Below, in pieces: positions 1 to 12,201 of a stretch of DNA of 64,000 nt. The notes beneath the pieces are model-generated. The model saw nothing but the letters and a program-made list of their open reading frames with translations. It did no database searches and was not told the origin of the DNA. The stretch covers positions 11,430,174 through 11,494,173 of the forward strand of contig MU054693.1 of the NCBI GenBank assembly GCA_013239625.1. The letters are read 5' to 3'. The DNA is from Lama guanicoe. Taxonomy: Eukaryota. A program made the translations under genes and the position numbers. The stretch's first letter is position 1, and every line of letters starts with the position of its first letter.

Positions 1-185
1 CCTGCCACATTGACCATGGAGGCCATGTAATCCAGATGGCACAGCTGTAGATTGGTGAAGCCTCCATCAGCCTGTATTGCTGAGTCACCACAGGGAGGAG
101 AGTTGGTCTTAGCAAAAAATAGACCTGAGTTTTGCTAAACCACTGAGATTTTTAAAAAATCACTACAGCATAATGTAGACTTTCC
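1..185 (+). mobile_element. 3' part of an MLT1 (MaLR) LTR, MLT1H/I-like, truncated by the window start
   Basis: 'gaagcctccatcagcctg...ttttgctaaaccactgagatttt...tacagcataa' resembles the MLT1 LTR 3' end. Confidence 0.6.
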
Positions 186-224
186 TTATCAATAAAGATT
201 TCTTCCAATGGCATGTGGCCATAG

Positions 225-440
225 TTCCATTTATAGTTGGTGTTCAAGGTAAGATCAAATGTCATTAAGATTTAAAGTTCATGGCTGGTCTCTGAATATG
301 CACCACCTAGTCTGTCACAAACAGCTCCATGAGATTGTCCCAGAGATGCTATGAATTACATGGCTTCCTGCAGCCCAAGTTCCATGCATGCAGGGGGCTG
401 GAGTGATTTAGGTGAAGTGAAGTCACCTTGATCAACAGTA
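225..440 (+). mobile_element. Possible ancient SINE remnant (MamSINE1-like)
   Basis: 'catggctggtctctgaatatgcaccacct...cagcccaagttccatgcatgcagggggctgg...gtgaagtcacc' resembles my recollection of MamSINE1; unverified. Confidence 0.3.
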
Positions 441-474
441 ATCTTCATCAGACATTGCAGGTTTGTGGGGACTG

Positions 475-912
475 TAGTAGCCAGATATTACTGTAATAAT
501 GTTGCATAAAATCTTTTATGATTCTGACTCTTTTGTTCACTAGTTTATGAGTTGCCTGCACAGAGAATGCTCTGCCACAGGTTGTGTGCCCTTCATTCCA
601 CAGGTATTTCATTCTGGTGTCTCAGGCTATCCAGGGCATGGTCTTCTCATGGTGGGTGGAAAAAGCACAAGAGACCAAAACAAATCAAGCAAGCACATTC
701 AAAGGCTCTGTTCTTGCCGTATCTGCCAATATATCATTGGCCAGAGAAAGCCAGATGGATAAGGCCAAAGTGTTTGGAGGTGGGATCAGAGTGAGGTTAT
801 ATAGTATCCCCTACTCTGCTTGGAGGCACATCAAAGCCACGTGCCAGAGATACAGGTGTGTAATTCTACTAAAGGGAAGGAGTGAAAAATAGAGAAAAAC
901 TCATTCTACCGA
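475..912 (-). mobile_element. MLT1H-like MaLR solo LTR
   Basis: 'cttctcatgg...gcacaagag...caagcacattcaaaggctctg...atcattggccagagaaagccagatgg...gtgtaattctactaaagggaaggagtgaa' matches the reverse MLT1H pattern. Confidence 0.7.
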
Positions 913-2319
913 AGGAATCATACTGGAACGGGAAGAATTAACTCAAGGTCTTTTATTTCAAGTGACTGTAAAATCTTAAATTATCTTTCCCCTTGATGCC
1001 ATTCAGCTACATATTATTTCCCTGTCCTGAAATATTTGCTCTTGCTATTTATTTCTATATTAATATAGTTATTTGGTTTTTGATTACTTATGTGAGGATT
1101 TTTGTGTCTTGGCCACTTGAGAGCAAATGCTTATCTTGCCTCTTCCTCCTTTGGCAAAGGGCATTTTCCTTTCACTATATACTTAATTCTTTTTGATAAA
1201 TTGTAAAATTGCAAATAACTCCTGATTTAATCAGTGAGTTAGTATAACATTGCTCCCTTATATTGTGTAAGCAATCATGTACATTCAATACAATATATAT
1301 TTTCTAAATTTTTCCAATTTATAGTTATTGTTTTTGACCAATAGAGCAATTGAGTAAATAAGTTGTCTCTATTTCTCTACTTCCTTCCATTGTGATTTAA
1401 CAAAGAACAATTCAAGGTTTCTAATTTGTTTTTCATCGGAAATATTCCTTGGGGTCTGCCACAGTGAATGGCCATACTAATGCTTTCATCTTTCTTATCC
1501 ATGCCTCGGTCCTATACATCACGAAGGCTTGTACTTGGACAGACAGTCCACAATGTGACTAAAGAAAAGATAAACTGGTAGCGATAGAACCACTCAGAAG
1601 ATTAACTCTTCTGCTCAAGTTTCAGCTGTTGAGGTTTTGAGCTGGGACTTGAAGTGCCCTTTGTGTGGTTTTATTCCAGGTGAGGTTTTGGATTGAGAGT
1701 TGAAGGGGAGGAACCATCTGATATTCAACATGTGAGCCTATTCTTGGAACACACAATGCTGCAAACTGAGTTATCTGATCCTAATTCAAAAAACATGAAT
1801 CAAACACCTATGTTTCAGGCATGCTCTGGGTTCTGGGAATATAACAACAAACAAAACAGACAAATTCCTGTCCTTATGGTGCTAACATTTTAATGGGATC
1901 CTGAGGAGTCAGGAAGTTCTTTTTAAAGTAACTTTCACAGTAAGACTCCTACCAATAAATCTTCAATAACTGCTCTTACTTGGAACATGGCCTCACCATC
2001 AGACTAAGGGAAAGGAATGAGGGTGTGTTCTGTTTTTATTTAAATATGAGCTGTTAAGTCTGACTCCAAAAGTCTGAAATACCTTGAGACATCAGGCTGC
2101 TATTAGAGATATAGATATGGTAACAATGAGTGTGTTTTATTTTCTGATCTCTTCTGGTTATAAGAACAAACATCCCTTGGCTCTTCCACTAGTGGTTTTG
2201 ATTTAATATGCCTTGAGTGGGTCCTGGATGATTAATAATAAATGGTTCAGTGATTGTTATAATCAGCTATGTTTAAAAAACACAGCAATAGGAGAAGTGA
2301 AAGAGTAGGTCCAGCCTCC

Positions 2320-2490
2320 AAGGCTCATTTTCCTTAATTATCACAACAATCTTGCAGTGTAGACATCTTTGTCTTTCTTTTACAGACAATAAGAATAGTA
2401 TTTCTAAGACCACAAAATTAGTAGGTGGCAGACCTAAAATTGGAACCCAAAGACCAAAGTCTGTCTCCAAGGTTCATGCTCCTTTTGTCA
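2320..2490 (-). mobile_element. MIR SINE
   Basis: 'tcacaacaatcttgcag...ttttacagacaataagaa...gtctgtctccaaggttcatgctcc' is the reverse MIR core. Confidence 0.6.
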
Positions 2491-2504
2491 CACCACACTG
2501 TCTT

Positions 2505-2830
2505 TTCATTAGTTCATTCGTTCATTCAATCTTTGCTCCAAAAGATATTTGTTGAGCCTTAGTCCTAGGGATAAGTCATTTGGGAAGAGGGATAATGAAT
2601 TTGAGTAAGATCCAAAGAACTCAAATCTAAAATGTATTGCATTTATCTAAGTCCACGAATCATGTCCTGGGATCACAGAGGAAAGAAAGGTCAGTTATAG
2701 GTGGGGAAACACTTCACAGAGGAGGTGGCATCTCAGAGTGTATATAGCTGAGGACAGAAGGCCAAGAATTCTAGGTGGAGGGAACAGCATGAAGAAAATC
2801 CAGGGGTCAGAAGACACAGATTACAGGGAA
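2505..2830 (-). mobile_element. L2 LINE 3' fragment
   Basis: (ttca)n tail then 'atatttgttgagc...acttcacagaggaggtggcatctcagagtg'. Confidence 0.6.
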
Positions 2831-2864
2831 TCACAGGAGTAAAGAAGAGAGGTTTCCATAGCCA

Positions 2865-3113
2865 CACACCTAATTTTAGAACACTTAAACAATAGTTAAG
2901 ATTGACAGATTTCACATATATATTGGATATAAGAATCCTTTGGAAAATGTGAAGCTATAGCAGCCCAGAGCCATCTTTCCCCTTAGGCACAATCTACTGA
3001 AGCTAGGTAACAGTTGTCCTTTCATAGGAAGCATCTAGTCTAATCGTCTTGGGCTGGTGTATGCGTTTATATTATCTGCTCAGCCACTGTGTGCATTTGA
3101 GTTCAAGCCTTTG
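2865..3113. mobile_element. MER102-like hAT-Charlie MITE
   Basis: 'agatttcacatata...ctttggaaaatgtgaag...tttatattatctgctcagccactgtgtgcatttgagttcaagcctttg'. Confidence 0.6.
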
Positions 3114-3989
3114 AATAGAAGATACAGAATAATTGGTAACAGATGAAGCTACAAAGATGGGTTGGGGCACTGGTATGTTTCCTTCCCCAGGGATCAGTTG
3201 ATGGAAAAGTCACCTAAGGGTACTGAGTCTGCTGTTAGCTGCTTAAAATATGTTTTTAGCACCTCCCTCTATGCAGAGATGGAGCCAGAATGCAGTGTAA
3301 GTCCTGGACAAGTCCAGTCCTGCCTAGGAATTTTCAGGCTGCTAAATGTGCTGGGCAGATAGTTCTCTAGACAGAAAGTGGGCATATGGATGGGATGTGG
3401 GGCTGTGGAGCAGTGAGCTTGGCCAAACAGCCTTTTCTTAAAAGGTAAAACCAGTCAGTGATTAGTGAAGTCCTACTTCTCCATTATTACCTTGGGGCCC
3501 CATTCTGTGACTTAAATGTTAGCTTTACTTAGCCAGCTAGGGAGACAGTAATGGCTCAGTGAAGGGGGAGACCCATGAATTTGTAAGATTGGTTTGGCAT
3601 TTTCTTAACCTAGAGATAACTGCTGGAGCACATATCAACGGAAGAAAGAGAAGGAGAAAGAAGGAAAGAGAGAAACAAGACAAGGACAACTACAAAAAGA
3701 GGAAAATACAACAAATGTTTATTGGATACCTACTGTGTGCCAGACACCTCCCCTGGTGGTCAGACTAGTGACTATATGGTGGAGAACATGCTAGACATTA
3801 TTTTTTTCACAAAAGACAAACATTATAGAAGTTATTTATGTGAATACAAAAATATATTAATGTGAAGGTTCTGGGTCAGTTAAGCCAAGAGCAGGTAGAA
3901 ATTAGATGGACCACTTGGACTCAGCTTAAACACACTTGAAGACTGACTCATTATAAGAAATGGGTAAAAGAATATTTACTCAGTTCAGG

Positions 3990-4200
3990 GCAGTTGGTAT
4001 AATGGCAAAAGCATGAGTTTTGGAATCAGCAAGTGCTCTGTCACTAACATCCTTCACAGTATCTAGGAAATTTCTTCAAGACTCAGTTTCCTCTTTTCTG
4101 CAAAATAAGAATCATAACTATTCTCCTATAACACAGAGTTTGGGTGAAGATTAGATGATAATACATTTTTTTGACACACAATAGGTTCTTTATAAACAGG
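3990..4200 (+). mobile_element. MIR SINE
   Basis: 'ggtataatggcaaaagcatgagttttggaatcag...actcagtttcctc...gtgaagattagatgata'. Confidence 0.65.
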
Positions 4201-5589
4201 AAATCACGTTCCCTCTTCAGCTTTCTTAGTGACATGGTCCTAGTCTTTAACAATCCTAAGTAGTTTTATTTATCTGAAGGATAGGAGACAAAATAAATTC
4301 AGGCCCCCAAACCTCTAAATGAAAACTAATGAAAAATGTATATTCTCTCAGTCCCTTATTTGGCTGCCTGCAAGTGATGTCTCTCAATGCATGCTAGTTC
4401 CTCTGCTACTCTGTGACTTCAGACACTGAACTTTGAGTCTTTGTCACATCAGCAGCGCCGAGTAATTCCATACAGAAGTCTGACATTTCCAGTTGAAAAA
4501 AATAAATTGATTAAAATTCAACAGACATGTAGTGTTCGGCATTTAAAGGTCGAGGAATCTAGGGAACTATCAACTGTAAGATAATTCAACATTTAACACT
4601 GGTGGGGGTAGCCAGGATACGTTTCCTTCCCTCATGGCCCTAGCATCTGACTGTTAGAAAGATAATTGTGGCATATTTAATTACAGCCTTAAGATGAGCC
4701 ATCCATCTTTGGGAGTCTTTAGCAGTTGGGCTTCCAGAGAGTTAAGAAAGATTGATTTGACTTTCCATGGATTATGTCTTCACTTTTGTTAGGCAGGAAG
4801 GAATCTTTGCTTTCCTTGCCTGAGTTCTCTGGAACTGCCTTCTTTGACTTTTGAAGTTCCCAGGATGACTGCAAGCCAGTTAGTCTTTGCTTAAAGAGAG
4901 AGAAGGATTAGATCTCTAGACCATGAGCTCCAGGACCCGACCTCTTCTGCTCCATGCTTGACTCATTATGCTGGCATAGTGAGAGGTCCCATTTGTCATT
5001 ATATAACAAATGCCTAGTATAGGACTGGCACATAGTAAGTAAGCCATATTTGTTGACTGAATGAGTTAAAAGACCACATTTAGGTTCTTTCAGATATTAT
5101 TCAATCTCAGGCCACTGTGGCCTCAGTTTCCATCTTACAAAATAGGGACAATAATGCCTCCTTCACAGTTGTTATATTGTTCTTCAATGTTAGCTTTATG
5201 TTTTCTCCAGCAGACAGTGATCTTTAGTGCAGGGTCTGTTTTCTTAGGTCAGCATACCACCTCTTTCCTGGCAGAGCCCAGCACAGTGCCTCAGAAAGGA
5301 TAGGTGTTCACTGATTTAAAATGAATTAGAGTCTACACCATGTAGCAGTCAGAATACTGAAATGGAATACAGGAGCCCCTGGGTTTAAATCCCTATCCTG
5401 TCACCAATGTGAGATGTGACCTCTAGGTCTTAATTGGCTCATCTGTCAAATGAGAGATTTATGTTAGAAAATTTCCAAGGTCCCAATGAGTTCTGATATG
5501 CTTTGATCCTTATTCCTGTTTTATCAGGACTTTATTCATTAGAGATCATTTATTAAGTCTTAGTAATGACTTGAAATTACTGCAAATAA

Positions 5590-5780
5590 AAGAGTTTTCT
5601 GAAAACATGAGATGACTTTAGGGGATGACATGACTGCTCTCTGCAAATATCTAAAGAGTTTTTATGATAGGGCTGTTGATCACTTGTTCTCACTTTTACT
5701 AAAAGGAACAGGCTTTGCTTACTGCAGGCAAGGATGCAATTAGACCTGGGGAGAGATTTCTTGATTACTACAGGGATAAA
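5590..5780 (+). mobile_element. L3/CR1 LINE fragment
   Basis: 'agatgactttaggggatgacatgactgctctctgcaaatatctaaagag...ggagagatttcttga' resembles the L3 3' region. Confidence 0.5.
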
Positions 5781-5896
5781 ATGATGCCTACTTTCATTCT
5801 CCTCTACAGGTGAGAGCTCAAGTCCCCAATGAGTCAATCAATGAATCAAGAAATATTTACTAAGCCTGCTTGCTGCTCATTTTCCCCTTCATGACA

Positions 5897-6078
5897 TTTT
5901 ACTCAAAGTGTGGATCGTGAACCACCTGCATCAGAATCACCTGGAGCTCATGTTAAAAATGTAAATTCTTAGACTCACTCCTACTGAATCTGACTCTCTG
6001 GGGCTAATGTCTAAAATCTGTGTTTTAATAAGCTCCCCAAATGATATTTCTGTACATCCTAAAGTTAGGCAAACACTA
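5897..6078. mobile_element. MER5A/B hAT-Charlie MITE
   Basis: 'actcaaagtgtggatcgtgaaccacctgcatcagaatcacctggag...ctactgaatctgactctctgggg...aagttaggcaaacact'. Confidence 0.8.
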
Positions 6079-8194
6079 TTCTTGAGTTTAATAGTCTTAA
6101 ACAATACTTCCTCCCAACCTGGTGGCTATTAAAATATAACAATGGCAGATAGTATTTGTTAAGCACCAACGATGGGCCAAGCATCTTATTTATATAATTC
6201 ATAACAGACACACTTGCCCCATGAAGTAGGTATTCTCCAACCTAAGAGATGAATCAAATGGACACTGAGTGACAAAGTGACACAACCAGAAAGTGGCAGG
6301 ATTAGGGCTGGAATCCAGGTCTCCTGAGTTTCATTCCATGACATGATGTTTGCTAGGAAGGGCATTCTGTGAGACTCGTGTTCTGAAGCCATTACCTTGC
6401 TTGTGTCTGAGAGGAGAGAAGAGGTAAAGAGGGTCACAGAGATGCAAGCTCATCCATATTCATGTTGGTCTCTTAGCTTCAAGTTTCAGAGAGGAGACTG
6501 AGCAGGAGATGAGTCCCTAATTCCCTGCAAAGATCCTGAAGTACGTTTTCCCAGAAAATTCATAGATTTTTTTTTCTTTTCTCTCAAGGAGAGTATGAGA
6601 TTGTGTGTGTGATCTTACTGTGAACCCTACAGGTTACTCAAAGCCGAATAAGCTGACAACCTCCTTCACAGATCTCAGTCAAAAGGAGGGACTCCAGGGA
6701 GCCACTTTCAAATGGCCCTCATTTGCATTATTTCTTATAATTGCAAAATAAAGTCTCTCTTTGGATTCTCAGCTTCTGGAGGTCAGCAAAGGTCATGGAG
6801 GACCTCCCCCTCCTCGCTTTGGACAAAGAAGGCTAATAGATTATTAACTGGCAGAACTGACAATCTCACAGTAAAATAATCAAATAACCATTATGTCCAT
6901 TATCAGTGATAATTTGACAGGTATGTCAGAAGTGGAAGGCAAATTTGAGATAGGTAACTGGGCTGGTGGTGTAGAAATGCAGATGATTTTAGGAGACTCT
7001 TCCTATCTTCCCTAACATCTTCTAGATAGTTGGGATACAGACCCAGATCTTCAATGTGTTTCCAACCTAATTCTTTAAGGGTTAAAATGTCACCCAACTA
7101 ACTCATCTGGGATAGTTTAAGGAAAGCATTACAAAGACAGAGGAATGGTTAAAATGACCTCACTTCTTGCTGAAGTTCATTCATTCAACTTGTCTTGATT
7201 GTCAGGCGAAGAGGACTGGAGGCTGCAGAAATAACTAACAGTCCCGCTATGGAAGAGCTTATGGTTTTGTAATTCATTTGCTATATGAGGGAGGGGAAAA
7301 AAAAAACCTACCACTGAGGAATTCTCAATGTTAGAAGAGATGACAAGAAAAGCAGATAAAATTAAGGTCATAAGGAGTAGGCAAAGGGTACGGCCATGAA
7401 ATTGCCTGGGTGGCCTTGGATGAGTCACTTAACCTCTCTGGACCCTGATTTCCTTATCTCAAATGTAAGGGAGTTGGATTCGGTGATCTTGATGGGCCTT
7501 TCTGGCTCTTAGAGTCTATGATTCTACATTGATTTTTATAGACTTATAAGCTACTAAACTTAGATGTATGACTTGTCCAGAAATACTCAATCTATTAAAA
7601 TACATTTCTCCATTGCTCAGAAAATCTGAAATCCACCTTGGAATCTAAAGCTCCTTAGTGAAAACCTGGACTAACCCTATCCATTTATAGATGAAGACTC
7701 TAAAGTTCAGAAAGGAAAAAGAACTTGCCCAGGGTCACATGCAAATAGTAGCTGGCACTCTTAGAAGGCAGGCCTCCGTATTCTTATTCAAGAAGGAAGA
7801 CAGTCCAGGGCACTTACCACCCCACTGCCTTGCTATCCATTCATTCATTACTTGATATACTTTAGAATATTTTTTTGGATATAAAGTCACTTTATTAGTT
7901 TTGGAACATAAAATATATTATGCATGCCTAAGATTGCTCTTAGAACCAACAGGTTTACTGATATGAAAGATGAAGAGAAAATAGGAGGTTTTTTTTTTTC
8001 TCAAAATGCCAACAATATTAACAGAAAACAAAGCATCTCCTCATTGCTTCTGCACTTTTTCCCTTCATATGTGTAATTTTATACCCAATTAAGGACTTCC
8101 AGAGATTTTGTGGAGGCAGTCATGGAAATAGTAGCAGCTGTAGGATTAGTGATATTGGTGTTGATGAAGTCAGTGAAGGTCATTAGTTTAATTA

Positions 8195-8570
8195 TATAAC
8201 TTTGGATGCTTTAAAAATGAAATTCAGACTTAGACAATAAAGGAAATTTATTACATCAAATACATAAAATGTAGACATATAGGCAAGCCACAATTAAGGA
8301 TTGATCCAATAGAGTGACAGTGTCACCAAGAAAAACACTAAGAGCTTTTCTGTCACCTTTTTCTACTTCAGTGTGGGTTTCATCCTAAGATTGATTCCTT
8401 TTATAGTTATGAGATGGTTTCTAGCAACATCCTGGGTTGTATAGTTTCTTATGCATGTCCAATGAGAGACAATTCATCTGTTTCTTCTGACTGACCCACA
8501 GAGTTCTGAATCTGAATCTCATTGGGCCAACTTGGATTACTTTTCCATCCTGAGCCCATAGATAGAATAA
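8195..8570 (-). mobile_element. MLT1J/K-like MaLR LTR
   Basis: 'gacttagacaataaaaggaaatttatt...gtgtgggtttcatcctaag...tctcattgggccaacttggattac'. Confidence 0.55.
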
Positions 8571-8744
8571 GATATAACAGCTATCATCATGGTACCATTA
8601 TGTTTGTAGACTTACTGAAATCACCACCAGCTCTTTGACCCAGGGAGGGAATTTAATTCTTTCCTAAACTCCATGGGTACTGCATAGTGGTTAAGATAAG
8701 GAATAGGCATTGGAATGAATAGCAAAATGTACCCGACAATGCTG

Positions 8745-8920
8745 AGAGTAAAGCTGATGCTGATAATGGTATAGATGATGAAGATGACAAAGTAGTGAAG
8801 AGGAATAAAGAGGATGAACTTGGTAAAGCCATCAAGGTAATAAAGATGATGATGATAATGATCGCAGGAATGATAGAGAGGAGGTAAAAGTGAAGGTGAT
8901 GATAATGATGTTAATAATAA
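8745..8920. repeat. Degenerate (GAT/AAT)n low-complexity tract
   Basis: Repeated gatgat/gataat units seen directly. Confidence 0.7.
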
Positions 8921-9231
8921 GGGGAAAAGTAGGAAGTCAACATTCAGTTAATGTAAGCTTTGTGAAATTGCATGCCTTGCCCATGCATCCTTTCTAAATA
9001 ATTTGCCCTTGGTCACAGCTCCTATTTTTCCCTTTATCTGATGCTGTTGAATCCCCTCTTCCTGGCCATTGCTGATTGACTTAAGGATGGACATCTGATC
9101 CAGGAAAACCAATCCATAGTTTGGGCTATCCTAAGTGAATTGAAACATCTATCAAGAATTTTCAGTATGACACAAGTTGTAGTCCAGTGTTGATGGACAC
9201 TTTAAATGTCAGGTCCAGTGTTCCTTATTTG

Positions 9232-9617
9232 TTGTATATTATTTGATCACAATTATTTGTTCCATCCTCATCCCCTGTTATGCTTCCCTGCCCCATTTTC
9301 TTGGAGCTTTGCCATATCTTGATCAATGTGATATGAGCGGACATGATGTGATTTTCATATGCACAGAAGCTTTCAGTTTGATTTCATGGCTTGGCTGAAT
9401 TCTTTTGTTCTGGGTCACCTCTATGTTGGACAGAATATTCCGAATAGTGGTTTCCCCTTCAGCCTAGGTTACAGAATGAGAAAACATGTGGAATCCAGCT
9501 AAGTCTAACCTGTAGTTGACCCAACACCCTCAAGAAATTTCATAATTATATATGTATTGATAAGATTTGGAGGTTGTTTGTTATGCAGCATAGCCTGGAT
9601 AAAAGCTGACTGATAAA
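9232..9617 (+). mobile_element. MLT1I/H-like MaLR solo LTR
   Basis: 'ccccttcagcctaggttacagaatgagaaaacatgtgga...gatttggaggttgtttgttatgcagcatag...agctgactgata'. Confidence 0.7.
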
Positions 9618-10724
9618 TTTACATTCAAGCCAAGAGCTAACCACAGAGTTTGCAAGGTCATACGCAACTATAGATGTGAAGGAACAGAAAACCTCTAAGA
9701 AAGCAAAGGAAGTTATTCTGCGGAAATAATTAAAGAAAAATATCTCAACATTTCCTTCCTGTGGAGAGCTGAAGGGATAGGGTTGGCTCTCAGGACATCA
9801 CAATTGCAAGATGAGTGCAATGCCAGATGCAGTAGCCCCAGGGTACCATCATAGCTGAGATGCTGTATGCAACCTCATCCCTGTATCTGTCATCAGAGCA
9901 GAAGCAGCTCTCTAAGGCCCTTATATTTTAAGTGAGGGGCTCATTGCTTATTGGTGTATTTCCTCCCAAGAGCAAGTGAAAGAGAAGTAATCTCACTATA
10001 ATTAAGTCAACTCCTTTCTCCTACTGAGAGCAATATTTCCAATAAATCAAACATTCTCCAGCCTGGATCCTATTTCCTAAAAGTCATCTTTTAACTCAGT
10101 CAAAAATTTTGTTAAAACATACAAATCCAGTGAACAATGGCATTTTTCTATTTTCTACAAGAGAGAATTTCTGAAGATAAAAATTTCCGTAAACAAATTG
10201 AAGCTTCTCTCATCTGTTTTTTAATGTCACATAAATATCAAATGATCACAAGCAGAAATTTAAGAGATTACCTCTATAAAAATCTCAATTTCTTTATCTG
10301 TGAAAAGGAAATGATACCTATGTTTTAAGGATCACGTGAGCATTATACTAGAGAGTATGGTGGGTGTGTGACACTCTATGAATAACAACTGTTATTAATA
10401 TTGAAGGGAAAGATGGGGTGGGATAGCTAGAGGAAAAGGAAGTGGAAATTATTTGTGAATTAAATAACAAACACAGAGATCCCACCCAAATGGGGTTGTT
10501 TGGGAGAAGGGAGAGAACAAGTTATGCAAACAGCGAACCTGTCCAAAGCTAACAGGAAAAGAAACCCAGAGTGCATCCCATCTGCTTTCTGTCTGCACCT
10601 GCTATTTATTTACTTTTCAGCTTCATCAAACGAAGCCAAATTACTATTTTTTTTTAAATCTCTAAACATAAGGCAAGGAAAGAGAAAGATAGAGAGAGAG
10701 CAAGAGGGAAAGGAAAAGAATGAG

Positions 10725-10985
10725 ACCCTAATAGCTAGTGTTTATTGAGTGCTTACTATGTGCCCAGCACTGTTTTAGGTGTCATGAATAAATTAATACA
10801 TTTACTATTCATAGTAAGTCTATAGGGAGGTTACTCTTGTCCCTATTTTATAGGTAAGGACTGAAGTGTGGAAATATTGAGTGCTTTGACCAAGGTCTAA
10901 CTGCTTGTAGAAAAGGAGAGTCAGCATTTAACCCAGCTAGTCTCATTCCAGAGACTAACATTTTAAATCCTTCTATTACATAACC
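10725..10985 (-). mobile_element. MIR SINE (near full length)
   Basis: 'tttattgagtgcttactatgtgcccagcactgttttagg...ctatttttataggtaaggactgaag...ttgaccaaggtc'. Confidence 0.8.
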
Positions 10986-12201
10986 TCAGAAGGTGAGTTA
11001 GTATGGAAAGGAGAAATATCCCAGGAGAGGAAGGAACAGGAAAAAGAATCTCATCCTTTTCCTGAGGTCGGACAGATCTTTATATGTGGGATGGAAAGCA
11101 ACCTGACTGGGGAGCAGTATGGTTTGGGACTCTTCCTTACTCTTTTTACTTAAAACAGATGCCATTTGGCTTATGACTTCTGCAGGTTCAGTAAATCTCA
11201 AATCCTCAGTTTCCTCATTTGAAAAATCCTATAGCTTTCTAACTCATCTTCAGAGACCAAATAATAATAGGAGAATGGTTATCTGACTGTTTTAAAAATT
11301 TTATCATGTCATTCAGGCAAAGTAATTAGTGCATGGTAACTGCTCAGTAAGTGATGGCTGTTATCTTGTAATCACATATATTATTAAATTAGTTGGAGAA
11401 GAAGAATCAAGAAATTCTTCATGAAAGAAGTGGTATTTCAGCAGCTTCTAGTGGAAGGGGAGGATTCTCAGCGGTAGAAGTCAGATGGATTGTTCTAAGA
11501 GAAGGAAGAGTATAAGTAAGGCATAGTTGTAGGAAGACACAAAACTGATGTTCTGACTTCACTATTTCAAGAATCAGGGAAGCATATGGTATACTTTGGA
11601 AATGCACAGCTCTAAAATTTGTGGAAAGACAACCTTTAGGAACTTAACATGGCAGACCCTTAGCCACGTGGGAACTTTTTGCTAAGTGGAAAGACAGTCC
11701 CAGAAGGCTCTCCATACTGGAGGTTTTACTGCAGCAAAACACAAATAGACCCAAAATCTGTTTCCATAGGACTGCCAGAGAGTGTCCATCAGAGATCCTT
11801 TTCTCCCAGACAGTTGGCTTTTCCCTTTATTTTCTGCTGAAGCTATTGGAGGATCCACTGACAAAAGCCATTATAGGATCAGACTTCAATTCCAGAATCT
11901 TATTACTAAAGTCAGCTCCAGATGTGGTTGAAGCTCCTCAGATACATCTTGTGATCTTTTTTTATCTAAAAACCTGTGACCTAAAAAGGCATCGTCTTCT
12001 CCCACTGACCCAACACACGATGAGCTAGAGACTGGATAACCACAAAGGATAATCTCACTTAAAAGGGGGAGAAATGAAAGTGCCAGAGCTGTCACTCTTC
12101 TGGGTGAGTGTTGTCAGGGCCCCGTAATTTAGGAACAGTTACTGTTCTTTGAAAAGGGCCTGCATTTACTCCCTGGGAGTAGCTCCCAAATGTGTTACTA
12201 C

